This document shows, one piece after another, positions 29,428 through 38,350 of a stretch of 54,717 nt of DNA (position 1 is the stretch's first letter; each line of letters starts with the position of its first letter). The stretch comes from a virus (lineage: Duplodnaviria > Caudoviricetes). The stretch covers positions 1 through 54,717 of the IMG/VR virus record IMGVR_UViG_3300043570_000565. One strand, given 5' to 3'. The notes under the pieces are model-generated. The model searched no databases. It was given only the letters and a program-made list of their open reading frames with translations, and was not told the DNA's origin. The translations under genes were made by a program, and so were the position numbers.

Positions 29428-29588
29428 TTCTTTAATTCATTGATAGCAATCTCTGCTAATCTCTCTGCATCTTTCCTAACTCTGTTATGATAATCTGAGT
29501 TGTCAGAAAATGGGGACTGCCACTTTGTGCTTGATACCTGATCATAGATTAAGGCATCGTAGAATCTTTCTGTTAGTAATTTTTTCAT
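29424..29588 (-). CDS. Hypothetical 54-aa protein (below ORF-track cutoff)
   Basis: MKKLLTERFYDALIY...; ATGA overlaps at both ends. Confidence 0.55.
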   Translation of the reverse strand: MKKLLTERFYDALIYDQVSSTKWQSPFSDNSDYHNRVRKDAERLAEIAINELKK

Positions 29589-29746
29589 GTGTTTGTTAGT
29601 TTGATAATTAAATTGTTTATGTCCTCATCTGATAGGAAGTTATCCTTGTCAGTACTCCAATACTCTAGGTACCTGTCCCTGTGTACAGCATACCACCTCT
29701 TTGTGTATTCATTCCAATGAAATACGTAGTTCCAAATCTTATCCAT
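29585..29746 (-). CDS. Hypothetical 53-aa protein (below ORF-track cutoff)
   Basis: MDKIWNYVFHWNEYTKRWYAVHR...; A-rich start and ATGA overlap downstream. Confidence 0.55.
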   Translation of the reverse strand: MDKIWNYVFHWNEYTKRWYAVHRDRYLEYWSTDKDNFLSDEDINNLIIKLTNT

Positions 29747-29828
29747 GTTGTTTTGTTTTAATGAGAAAGGCTACCTGCTAACAACTCACACCCTAATTGC
29801 AGGCAGGTAGGGTCCCTTAGCCTTTTTG

Positions 29829-29932
29829 TAGTCAGGGCAGGCTATGATCCTGCACGCACATCTAAGGGTATCTCAATGTGCCATTACTTTTACAAGCAGT
29901 TCCAATGTGTGTCTCCATTCCACCACCTGACT
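29829..29932 (-). tRNA. Atypical tRNA-like RNA (class II-like cloverleaf, aberrant anticodon arm and T-loop)
   Basis: AGTCAGG/CCTGACT acceptor stem; D arm GTG-GAATGGAGA-CAC; CATTG/TAATG stem around 16 nt containing TTGTAAA; long variable arm GCACAT...ATGTGC; T arm GCAGG-ATCATAG-CCTGC. Confidence 0.55.
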
Positions 29933-31298
29933 ATGTATTCTTAAAATGATTAACTGTGTAGTCCTTCTTCTTTATCACAGCCTTGTATACGTCATGCTCA
30001 ATGCCTCCCTTACTGAAGACCCAGTACACATGGTTGAACGAACGATCCTTTGTTGTCATCCTATCCCTGCTCTGCCAATAACTCGTAGCACTGAAGTCAA
30101 TGTTGTAGTACACCAAGTACTTGGCATGCCTAAGACTGATCCCCTCCCTGCCGCTAACTATCTGAAGAGCAATGCTTTTATCTGTGCTCTCAAATATACT
30201 AAGATCAGTTGTAAGATCATCACCAAACACATCCTTCAGGGCAGACAACTCTTCCTTAAATTTATAGAAGATGCCTATCTTACTTCCTTGAAATTTTTGT
30301 TTAATGAACTCAGCCTTGCTAGTGTCCAGCACCATGCTGTTGCCACTCTCAAACTTAATAGTCCCACTGCATAGCTGGTGTACCTTCATCATCAACTTCA
30401 CTGCCGTGTCGGCCAGTATCACCTCAGTCTTACCCTCAATCACGAGGTCTCTCTTGAGTCTCTTGATCATGTCGTAGGTGACATCCTTCATCTCCACCTC
30501 TAGGATCTCCTCAGTAACTGAAGACACGAACCCTGCCTCCTTCTGTGAGAAGTTTATCATGTGTGGCTTCATCCTCTCAATGATGCTGTCCAACCCATCG
30601 CTGTAGTCATTGACGAATAGACCGTTGATGTTCTTCTGCTTTACCTTGACATACTTGTCGCAAAATTTGTAGAAATTTGAGAACTCTCGAAAGGGATTGT
30701 TAGGTATCGCATACACCTGATGGTACATCTGTGAGTAACTCTCAGGTGTTGGTGTGCCAGACATGAGTATCACCTTAGGCTTATACTTAGAGATGGCGTG
30801 TCGCATCATTACAGCCCGATTGCTGGGCTTTGGGAACGCACCTATACTATGTGCCTCATCGATGACTATCAGGTCAAATTTGAAGCTATCTACCACGTTG
30901 TGGAGGCTCTCATAATTGATCACCTTTATCTGGTAGCTAGGCTTCAGCAGATCGTAGTCCTTCTCGATGCTGCCGATGGCCTTCTTCTTGGTCACGAACA
31001 GCACTGACTTAGCTCCGCACTGACTTGCTATGCCTAGGCTAGTCAAGGTCTTGCCTGTCCGCACCTCCATCGCTAGGTACACGAAGCCATGTGTCTCAAT
31101 GGCTCGTGCCCCCTGCGATATTATATCCTTCTGGTATGGTCTAAACTGCATGCTATATGTCCCGTAATAAGATAGACTGTTCTTTATTTTAGTTACTACA
31201 TCTGGATCAACGAACTTACTCTTTGATACTACATCGTAAAGTGTACCGCAGTATCGTAGCATCTGCTCATCCGAGTACCCAGGTACCCTGTCAATCAT
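29931..31298 (-). CDS. SF2 (SNF2-like) helicase
   Basis: FRPYQ Q-motif, RTGKT, DEAH, SGTP, GREGISL and YWQSRDR motifs; alternative start at MQFRPYQ. Confidence 0.85.
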   Translation of the reverse strand: MIDRVPGYSDEQMLRYCGTLYDVVSKSKFVDPDVVTKIKNSLSYYGTYSMQFRPYQKDIISQGARAIETHGFVYLAMEVRTGKTLTSLGIASQCGAKSVLFVTKKKAIGSIEKDYDLLKPSYQIKVINYESLHNVVDSFKFDLIVIDEAHSIGAFPKPSNRAVMMRHAISKYKPKVILMSGTPTPESYSQMYHQVYAIPNNPFREFSNFYKFCDKYVKVKQKNINGLFVNDYSDGLDSIIERMKPHMINFSQKEAGFVSSVTEEILEVEMKDVTYDMIKRLKRDLVIEGKTEVILADTAVKLMMKVHQLCSGTIKFESGNSMVLDTSKAEFIKQKFQGSKIGIFYKFKEELSALKDVFGDDLTTDLSIFESTDKSIALQIVSGREGISLRHAKYLVYYNIDFSATSYWQSRDRMTTKDRSFNHVYWVFSKGGIEHDVYKAVIKKKDYTVNHFKNT

Positions 31299-33681
31299 TC
31301 GAATGAATTATGATCCACCTGCCCATCATGTCACGACCCTCCTCAGGTGCAACGCCATACTTGAACAGCCCGTAGGCAGCCAACCACTTGTAGAACTTGG
31401 TCCTGCTGATGGTCATCTTAGACTTTGGTCCGTAGTCAGGATACTCGTTGACGAAGTCATTGTACAGCTCGTTCTTGTACAGCCTTGTGTCTGTCTCCAG
31501 AGTGTTGTTCGTAGGCTGACCCTCCACTAGACCACACCACTCGATGAAGTCATGAGCGGTCTCCGCAGATAGCTGTCTGATCTTTAGGTTCACGAAATTA
31601 CTCTTCACTATCCCTGTATGTAGGTATCTGGATAGGCACCCGATCATGTAGTTGTCAAACTCACACCAGTCATCATCGTTCCAGTCACCAAACATTAGCT
31701 TACCAAACTCATCCAATGGCGTGAATGACTTGGAGTAGTACTGGTGTAGCTCCAGCTCAGACTTACGTCTTGCAAAGCTGTTGCCCGATCCCTTGATGGC
31801 ATAGTTAGTAGTGATGGCAATCTTTGGTGACTTGCTGAATGGGATCTTAATCGCATCCTTGTTCTTCTTCTCCAAGGTCAAGCCTTCAGTCACCACGCTA
31901 AACAAACGCTCAAATTCAAAGTACTTCTTCACATCATCGAACACTAGTATCTGGGTATCAGCAGACACCAGCTGGTATGCGAAGCTACGCTCAAATGTGA
32001 ATGACTTGCCATCAATCGTTACCACCTTCTTCATCTTTGCTAGTGCGTTCATGAACAGACCCTTGCCTGTGCCACCCTCAGGGTTGTCGCTAATCACCTC
32101 ATCGTTAAGGATCACTGCCGGACAGAAGCTTAGGTTCTTGTAGCCATGCATTAGGAACCCTATGTTACTCTCCATCGCCTGTACCCTACCATCATCATCC
32201 CCACAGATGTTGCGTATGAACTTCTTGTAGTTACACGCATCTGTTACATCACACATGATGAAGTTGCGGTCAATCACGTGGTCATTCCAGACGTATCCAC
32301 CCAAGTCAAGGTAGTCAATAGCCTTAACACCTGTCTTGGTAACCTGCACAGCACAGTTCTTGTAGTACAGGTAGGAGGTGTCCTTGGTATCCTCAATGAA
32401 TAAGATGTCTATGGTTGACAGCATGGACAGGAACTCCTCCTTGAAGAACCTAGTGTTGTCAGCGAAGTAGTTGTACACGCCAATGTCATCCAGCTCCATC
32501 AGGTGGGTCAGCACGTAGTCCTTCATCTCCTTCTCAGAGGTGTGGTCAATCAAGTTGTTGGTGACCTTGACGAACACGTAGTTCTTTCCTCCCTCAGGGC
32601 AGAACTTATAGAACCCATGGTCCTCAAGAAACTGCTTGAATAGAATGTGTACTATTCGAATGACTCCCTTATCGCTCTTTTCCCAGAATGTTTTCTTTGC
32701 GTTCTCCTCCTCCACCTTGGTCAAGACTGCTTCGATAGTATCCGTATCCAGTTGAGAGTCCTGTAGCTGAATACGTATTTCTTTTTTTGATACACCCCTT
32801 CTTAGCTTGGCCTTGATGGAGTTGACCCTCTCCTCGTCCTCGTAGTACTTGGTGCCAAAGTTGGCCGTGTGCCGATAGGCTGAGTCAATTGCCGTACCTA
32901 TCTCACTTACTGGGAAGTCCTGAGTAGCGTACTGGTTCAGCATACGTGATGCAAGACTCTTGTTTATCCCGAAGTCATTGAACGCCATCGCTAGGATGTA
33001 CACGTTATGGTTACGCTGTCCCTCAACCATTGGGTACTTCTTCATCCACCACTTCACCAAGATGTCAACCACCTTGTTCTCATCAGTGATTGGTATGGTT
33101 AGCTTGTCCTTAATCTTACTCACCTCCGTGTACTCAAGATCCTCTATGGTGTTCCAGATGGATGAGTTCTCGTTAACGAATATGAGGGCATCGTATGACT
33201 CGTAGCATACACGTGATACGTTCTTGCTAGTCTTGTCGAAGTAAGGGCTATTGAAGTGCTTCTCTAGGCTGTTGAAGTAGTTGATGTGGTTGTCTTGATC
33301 TGCTGGTATCTTTACCAGTACCTTTAGGCCATTGCCAGAGGGAGAGATGAATACGGAGTACACGTACTTGTTCTTGGACAGCCTCTCCTTGTCATCGGTT
33401 AAGTCCTTAGTCTTTTGGTAGCCATCAAAGTCTAGGCAAATCAAACCTGAGTGCTGCATCAGAGAGGCATCTGTTCTCTTGTTGAATGTACCGCTGAAGC
33501 ATATGGCAGGAAGTAACTTCTTCAAGTCATTCCTCTCCTGCTTATTCTTCTCTGCTCTGATTCTTTTGATCAGATCCTTGGATGACCCCGATCTAATTCT
33601 GTCAAGGATTAAACCCACATTCCTGTGGAATGGAGTATCCGTGTCCTTGATGCTTGAGAATATCGTTACTTGATATGTCAT
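31291..33681 (-). CDS. Primase-helicase (BT4734/VirE-N-like primase domain, PriCT-like domain, P-loop NTPase)
   Basis: LPAICFSGTF...HSGLICLDFD...FISPSGNGLK...DKTSKNVSRVCYESYD; EGQRNH; GGTGKG Walker A; FDD; ITTN. Confidence 0.85.
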   Translation of the reverse strand: MTYQVTIFSSIKDTDTPFHRNVGLILDRIRSGSSKDLIKRIRAEKNKQERNDLKKLLPAICFSGTFNKRTDASLMQHSGLICLDFDGYQKTKDLTDDKERLSKNKYVYSVFISPSGNGLKVLVKIPADQDNHINYFNSLEKHFNSPYFDKTSKNVSRVCYESYDALIFVNENSSIWNTIEDLEYTEVSKIKDKLTIPITDENKVVDILVKWWMKKYPMVEGQRNHNVYILAMAFNDFGINKSLASRMLNQYATQDFPVSEIGTAIDSAYRHTANFGTKYYEDEERVNSIKAKLRRGVSKKEIRIQLQDSQLDTDTIEAVLTKVEEENAKKTFWEKSDKGVIRIVHILFKQFLEDHGFYKFCPEGGKNYVFVKVTNNLIDHTSEKEMKDYVLTHLMELDDIGVYNYFADNTRFFKEEFLSMLSTIDILFIEDTKDTSYLYYKNCAVQVTKTGVKAIDYLDLGGYVWNDHVIDRNFIMCDVTDACNYKKFIRNICGDDDGRVQAMESNIGFLMHGYKNLSFCPAVILNDEVISDNPEGGTGKGLFMNALAKMKKVVTIDGKSFTFERSFAYQLVSADTQILVFDDVKKYFEFERLFSVVTEGLTLEKKNKDAIKIPFSKSPKIAITTNYAIKGSGNSFARRKSELELHQYYSKSFTPLDEFGKLMFGDWNDDDWCEFDNYMIGCLSRYLHTGIVKSNFVNLKIRQLSAETAHDFIEWCGLVEGQPTNNTLETDTRLYKNELYNDFVNEYPDYGPKSKMTISRTKFYKWLAAYGLFKYGVAPEEGRDMMGRWIIIHSND

Positions 33682-33714
33682 AAATGTATAATGAATGTCG
33701 TTTATTTGTCAGGT

Positions 33715-33819
33715 TAACTTACTGATACTTAGATGTATGTCGATTATGTTAATTTAACCCCCGTTTACTAGTCAAAGAAACAATAAGTAAACAAGTAGTA
33801 TATATATATATATAGGGAA
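33715..33819. repeat. Origin-like element, copy 1
   Basis: TAACTnnCTGATA, then TGTCGATTATGTT, then (TA)8GGGAA; same layout at 42550-42655. Confidence 0.7.
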
Positions 33820-33843
33820 AAATAAAAACGACATGGTCTGGAG

Positions 33844-33877
33844 AAAAAAAAGAGGGGGAATTTTACCCCCTCCCTTC
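33844..33877 (-). terminator. Rho-independent terminator after the SSB-like gene
   Basis: On the minus strand GAGGGGG-TAAAATT-CCCCCTC followed by a T run. Confidence 0.75.
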
Positions 33878-33880
33878 TTA

Positions 33881-34144
33881 TCAGAAAGGCATCTGGTTGC
33901 TTGGTTCTTTCTTCTTATACTCAGGCTTGGTTGCCTGATAGGTGTTGAGAGTTACGTTCAGCTTTCCAGGAGTTTTGCTATTTTTAATCTCAAGGCTCAA
34001 CCATCCCTCAGCATTTGCATGCTTGTTGATGAATGCGATGGCATCATCTTTAGTAATGTATAGTCTAGCGACTACAAATTCTGGATCTTTTTCGTTTTTC
34101 TTACCGACAAATCCGTTTGCGTAAATTGTTTCTTGCTTTTCCAT
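33881..34144 (-). CDS. Single-stranded DNA-binding protein-like
   Basis: 87 aa with C-terminal ...QMPF, resembling the SSB PF tip; follows the nuclease and SSAP genes. Confidence 0.5.
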   Translation of the reverse strand: MEKQETIYANGFVGKKNEKDPEFVVARLYITKDDAIAFINKHANAEGWLSLEIKNSKTPGKLNVTLNTYQATKPEYKKKEPSNQMPF

Positions 34145-34148
34145 TTGA

Positions 34149-34883
34149 TTAAAGTGTTTCGTTTATAAAGTAATTGTCAATGTCATCTGTTGGATTCGGT
34201 CCGTAGTACCTGTAGTACACCTCCATTGCTCGCTCTACCTTGGCCTCGCCTCCGCTTACGAACTCTTCGGATGGCCTGAACAGACCAAGCTGCTCAGATT
34301 CCTTGTCAATAACGTAAAAGTACAGCGGTTTTCCAAATAATTTCTGGTAAATGTAGCACTGAGAGTCGTAGTTGTAGCTTTTTGCAGACCACCTGAACTT
34401 GTTTATGTCTGATGTGGTCTTCAGATCTATGATTGAATCCGCAGTTACGATGTCAGCCTTCGCCTTCCATTGCAGTCCCTTGATCTCACCAATGATTGGC
34501 TCCTCGTATAGGTTGCCCTCCCTGTAGATGTCATCATAGAACTGGATGTTGGACTTCATTACACTCGCCAGATGCACGATCTCCTCGTACTCCTTGGTCA
34601 GCATGGCGAACTCAAGGTCGTTGTCAGCACAGAAGGTCTTGTACTCCTTTGTATTCCGTGTACTAACGTCCACCTGTGGCACAATTACAGCCTTCTCAGG
34701 CTCAAGTATTAGCTGGTGGAATAGTCTACCCTCATGGAAGTGTTTTGAGTCGCTCTTATGGGCTCTAAATAGCTTCGGGTTTGTAAGCAATGCATAGATG
34801 TCTGAGTTGGACAGGTAGTACTTGCCCTTACCATTGTAGTACTCATCATCATTCCTTAGTTCTTCAATAATTTGATTCATCAT
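34149..34883 (-). CDS. PD-(D/E)XK exonuclease, RecE/DUF3799-like
   Basis: GRLFHQLILEP, KAKAD, DLKTT and YDSQCYIY motifs. Confidence 0.8.
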   Translation of the reverse strand: MMNQIIEELRNDDEYYNGKGKYYLSNSDIYALLTNPKLFRAHKSDSKHFHEGRLFHQLILEPEKAVIVPQVDVSTRNTKEYKTFCADNDLEFAMLTKEYEEIVHLASVMKSNIQFYDDIYREGNLYEEPIIGEIKGLQWKAKADIVTADSIIDLKTTSDINKFRWSAKSYNYDSQCYIYQKLFGKPLYFYVIDKESEQLGLFRPSEEFVSGGEAKVERAMEVYYRYYGPNPTDDIDNYFINETL

Positions 34884-35080
34884 AGTTTTTTAAATGTTAC
34901 ATCATAGTCAGATAGATAACTATATACCCCACTTAGTTTCGCAAACTTTATGAAGTTCCCATCCACATCATTCACCCTTACTTGGTGTATAATAATCTTT
35001 GGATTGTTATTGATATGCTCAAAGGTATATCTGACAATCTCAAAAGACCCAACCTCTCTATCGTTTATAATTAGTCGCAT
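34880..35080 (-). CDS. Hypothetical protein
   Basis: 66-aa ORF overlapping both neighbours. Confidence 0.55.
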   Translation of the reverse strand: MRLIINDREVGSFEIVRYTFEHINNNPKIIIHQVRVNDVDGNFIKFAKLSGVYSYLSDYDVTFKKL

Positions 35081-35691
35081 AGGGAGGCTATCTCCTTCTT
35101 CAACTCTACAGATATGTCATACTTGGTAGTCAACTGCTTGCCAATGAACGATAGTCCCTTGCTTTTGTTGTCAACCACATACTTAAGCACCTTCTTCCAC
35201 TCATCGCTGTCCTTAACCAATGCCACCAACCTAGTAGGTGGTTTGCTCTGCTCCACGACCCTTGGCTCACTCTCTGGAAGATCCTCTCCGGCATAGATGT
35301 AGATCCCCAATCCAAACATCGCCAAGTTCTTAACCAAGCAACGCATCAGGGTCTTGTTGATGTCGAACGTAGTCGCTGCATCCACCTGCTTGTCTCCGTA
35401 CTTGGTAGCATATGAGTACGCCTTCTTCTTCATGCTCTTGTTCTTCCCATCCATGACAGGCAACCACATCTCCAATGTCTGTCCCTCGATTGTCACTGAC
35501 GTGTGGCACATGAACCCAAGGTCCTCATCGTAGTCCGTAGTTAGGATAGTGTACGATGCATCTGGGCACTCCTTCTTTGTCACTGACCATGCCCATGCCC
35601 ACGATAGGTAGGTAAGGTTGTCCTTCTTCTCAACATGTTCGTTCACATTGATGGCTGATAGCCTGTCGAATACTGATTTTTCTGATTTCAT
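35071..35691 (-). CDS. Sak3-like single-strand annealing protein (DUF1071)
   Basis: LTYLSWAWAW, MWLPVMD and INKTLMRCLVKNLAMFGLGIYIYAGEDLP motifs. Confidence 0.85.
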   Translation of the reverse strand: MKSEKSVFDRLSAINVNEHVEKKDNLTYLSWAWAWSVTKKECPDASYTILTTDYDEDLGFMCHTSVTIEGQTLEMWLPVMDGKNKSMKKKAYSYATKYGDKQVDAATTFDINKTLMRCLVKNLAMFGLGIYIYAGEDLPESEPRVVEQSKPPTRLVALVKDSDEWKKVLKYVVDNKSKGLSFIGKQLTTKYDISVELKKEIASLCD

Positions 35692-35978
35692 TTCTCTAGA
35701 TTTTTAATGATTTGTTTGTAGTCTGTGTCAGCTTGTGCTTTACTCTCGATTGATTTGATCCCATGGATAATGGATGAGTGACCTATCACGTACCCATTCA
35801 TGTCCATGTACCTCTGGATGTAGCTCACAGGGATCTTCCTGTTGGAACACAGGTAGTAGAGCATGTGTCTTGCATCTACCACCTGCATCTTTTTATTCTT
35901 CGAGAAGATCCAGTCCCTAGGGATGGAGTAAAGCTTGATGATGTTGTCTAAATAGTTATTGAAGATTTCAACTTTCAT
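35688..35978 (-). CDS. DnaA domain IV-like HTH protein
   Basis: VVDARHMLYYL...HSSIIHGIKSIE resembles the DnaA C-terminal signature. Confidence 0.6.
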   Translation of the reverse strand: MKVEIFNNYLDNIIKLYSIPRDWIFSKNKKMQVVDARHMLYYLCSNRKIPVSYIQRYMDMNGYVIGHSSIIHGIKSIESKAQADTDYKQIIKNLEK

Positions 35979-36154
35979 GATGTTAGAATTATATAAATAA
36001 TAAATGATACTATAAGCAGTCCAAGACTTGCCACCTCAATCAGAAACTTACCCCTCTTAGTGGAGTCATCAATGTCTCTAATCATCCTTGATACGACAAG
36101 GTTTGCTAAAAGAACTAGCATTCCAGATAGGAACATCACATCTAGTTCATTCAT
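35975..36154 (-). CDS. Small 2-TM membrane protein (59 aa)
   Basis: MNELDVMFLSGMLVLLANLVVS...LIEVASLGLLIVSFIIYIILTS; ATGA overlaps at both ends. Confidence 0.55.
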   Translation of the reverse strand: MNELDVMFLSGMLVLLANLVVSRMIRDIDDSTKRGKFLIEVASLGLLIVSFIIYIILTS

Positions 36155-36408
36155 AAGCCTTTGATTATCTGCTCTATAAGACCATGCATATGGTCTTGTG
36201 TAGGTGTGATATTATTCCAATCATCACCATCGTGTTCGGACAGGCGAATAGTAGAAAGGATATTAATCTCAACCTCACCCATTCCCATACAATCCCAAGT
36301 GGATTCCTCACCATACTGGTGAACCTCGTAGCTTCCTACCCACATGTAGTCCTTGTCATCAATGCTGAACTCAACTTCCTCATTGATAAATACTTCGCTA
36401 TCTTCCAT
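36151..36408 (-). CDS. Highly acidic small protein
   Basis: About 21 D/E versus 3 K/R in 85 aa (counted by eye). Confidence 0.65.
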   Translation of the reverse strand: MEDSEVFINEEVEFSIDDKDYMWVGSYEVHQYGEESTWDCMGMGEVEINILSTIRLSEHDGDDWNNITPTQDHMHGLIEQIIKGL

Positions 36409-36716
36409 TAGATTTCAACCCAATCTTTAACGGGCTTTAACACCTTGTAACCTAGGCTCTTTAGTAACTCTGTAGCGTTGTGCTCATTGAGAACTGGCTG
36501 CTCAACTACCTGCTGTTCTAACTCAAGCTGAACAGGTTTTGGTCGCTTCATGTACGTCCTATTGCTTACCCTGTGGCACTCGTTCTTGATGAACTTGATG
36601 TGCTTGCCACCACTAACATCATCTTGGCTAGTAGCAACTCTCTTTAGCCTCACCAGATACTGGTTCGTTGAGAACATCTGGGGCATTGTACTCAGTACTC
36701 TCTCGTAAATTTCCAT
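36408..36716 (-). CDS. Hypothetical protein
   Basis: 102-aa ORF preceded by an AT-rich intergenic region. Confidence 0.65.
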   Translation of the reverse strand: MEIYERVLSTMPQMFSTNQYLVRLKRVATSQDDVSGGKHIKFIKNECHRVSNRTYMKRPKPVQLELEQQVVEQPVLNEHNATELLKSLGYKVLKPVKDWVEI

Positions 36717-36772
36717 AGTAGATTTGATTTAAATTTGATACAATATAAGACAATAAATAAACAATTAATAAT

Positions 36773-36961
36773 TTAAGCACATTTTTTTTCAAGCATCTTA
36801 GCTTCTGCTCCATACCTCACCTCTCTGGGGCATGGATAGGTTTGAAATAAGTTCTCAATCGCATTGACAAACTCTTCCTTGCTCTTCTCATCTAGGTATA
36901 GCAACCTGTCATTCATTGCATGGATCATGTCCATCATCTGTAGTCTTCCTTCTAGTGTCAT
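36773..36961 (-). CDS. Hypothetical early protein
   Basis: 62-aa ORF with ATGA overlap. Confidence 0.55.
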   Translation of the reverse strand: MTLEGRLQMMDMIHAMNDRLLYLDEKSKEEFVNAIENLFQTYPCPREVRYGAEAKMLEKKCA

Positions 36962-37368
36962 TTTAGTTTTTCGTTTACAAAATCAATAATAGTATCAATC
37001 CAGTCCCCATCCCACTCCCTATCCTTGTAGGTGTTGCAGAAATCTGTAGTCAATTCAATGCCCAAGTCATACAGACCAGCAAAATCTACCATGCCTATGA
37101 TGTCACTGAGTTTTTTTGGAATTGTTTTATTGTCAATCATCGCATGGATGGTACAGACCATCTCATGGTGGGTCTCTACCCAGTCTCTGAAGCCATTGGG
37201 TAATAACTTCTTGTTCTTCTTTGAAGCCAACTGATTGAGCATACTTGCTACCATAGTATACTCTAACTGAGTTACATTCTGGGGCAGGTACATTGCATCT
37301 GTCACTGACTGGTACGCATGGTCGAGATCCACTCCCTCCGGTACGTTTACTTCGATTGTAATTTTCAT
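36958..37368 (-). CDS. Hypothetical early protein
   Basis: 136-aa ORF with ATGA overlaps. Confidence 0.65.
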   Translation of the reverse strand: MKITIEVNVPEGVDLDHAYQSVTDAMYLPQNVTQLEYTMVASMLNQLASKKNKKLLPNGFRDWVETHHEMVCTIHAMIDNKTIPKKLSDIIGMVDFAGLYDLGIELTTDFCNTYKDREWDGDWIDTIIDFVNEKLK

Positions 37369-37586
37369 AGTTGAATTGTTAAGGTGTCACTTAAGTTTGA
37401 ATAGATTTGCTTACTCGGATATGCATCCTCCAATGCATGTATGTAGTCCTCGATAAAGTACTTCATCTCATCATGCTGATTCGACATAGGCTCTGTCACC
37501 TTTCTGATTTGCTCCTCCGACAGGCTAGTGTACAAGGTACACTGGTCACCATCCCATGTTCCTATTTTTAATTTGAATACATTCAT
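37365..37586 (-). CDS. Early protein, paralogue of 38347..38571
   Basis: Shares TxLxExQIxKVxEP...ALxDAYP...YS with 38347..38571; likely start MNVFK. Confidence 0.65.
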   Translation of the reverse strand: MNVFKLKIGTWDGDQCTLYTSLSEEQIRKVTEPMSNQHDEMKYFIEDYIHALEDAYPSKQIYSNLSDTLTIQL

Positions 37587-37587
37587 C

Positions 37588-37830
37588 TTAGTTGTCTGAT
37601 AAGTCTGTAAATTGATTAAAGGTATCTGCAATCTGAAGCAGGTGATTGGTTGCTAGTAGCAGTAGTATGTTGTAGTCTACACACTTGTGCATCATCTCGC
37701 TTACTTTACTCACCTTATCCATCTCCCCACTAGACAGTAGGGTTAGGATTGTGGCTAACTGGGCAGCATACTTGTGTTGCTCCACTCCTAGTGACTCCAC
37801 TAGGGAGTTTGCTTCGTGATTGAATTTCAT
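37588..37830 (-). CDS. Hypothetical early protein
   Basis: 80-aa ORF. Confidence 0.6.
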   Translation of the reverse strand: MKFNHEANSLVESLGVEQHKYAAQLATILTLLSSGEMDKVSKVSEMMHKCVDYNILLLLATNHLLQIADTFNQFTDLSDN

Positions 37831-38210
37831 TTGTCTATTAAGTTTGAGAATTGTGCAACAATAAACTGCTCGTAGTTAAACATACTATCCTTCATTGGGA
37901 TGGACTCATACATCTCCCTAAGTTTATGACCATTATGTCCCATGTATTCATACATCACTTCTAGTACATCCAGATCCAAATCGTCAACCCATAGCGGAGT
38001 ATTTTCCCCTACATAAGCATTAAAAGTATTATACTCTAAGTAATCTATTGCATCTTCATAAGACATGCCTTCGTTCTGAATCAAAATATCTACACATTTC
38101 CTCCTAGAGTATACCACCTTCCACATGTTAGGCTCGAACCCAATGATTGCATCATCAAATCCATCTGCAAATAGTACCTCATCGTATGATTCTAAAATCT
38201 TGTCTCTCAT
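37827..38210 (-). CDS. Conserved acidic phage protein
   Basis: DGFDDAIIG...VVYS...GMSYEDAIDYLEYN...AYVGENTP motif; likely start MRDKI. Confidence 0.65.
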   Translation of the reverse strand: MRDKILESYDEVLFADGFDDAIIGFEPNMWKVVYSRRKCVDILIQNEGMSYEDAIDYLEYNTFNAYVGENTPLWVDDLDLDVLEVMYEYMGHNGHKLREMYESIPMKDSMFNYEQFIVAQFSNLIDK

Positions 38211-38350
38211 TTGATTTTTCTTTTCCATTCTGCTACAATTTTAGTTGCCTCGTATAGTGCATCCGCACATTCACCCATGCCCATGTCCTCATTCGCCATG
38301 ATCCACTGGTAGATTTCTTCCACCAGTAATTCCTCTTGTTCCTTTGTCAT
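38207..38350 (-). CDS. Hypothetical 47-aa acidic protein (below ORF-track cutoff)
   Basis: MTKEQEELLVEEIYQW...; ATGA overlaps at both ends. Confidence 0.55.
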   Translation of the reverse strand: MTKEQEELLVEEIYQWIMANEDMGMGECADALYEATKIVAEWKRKIK

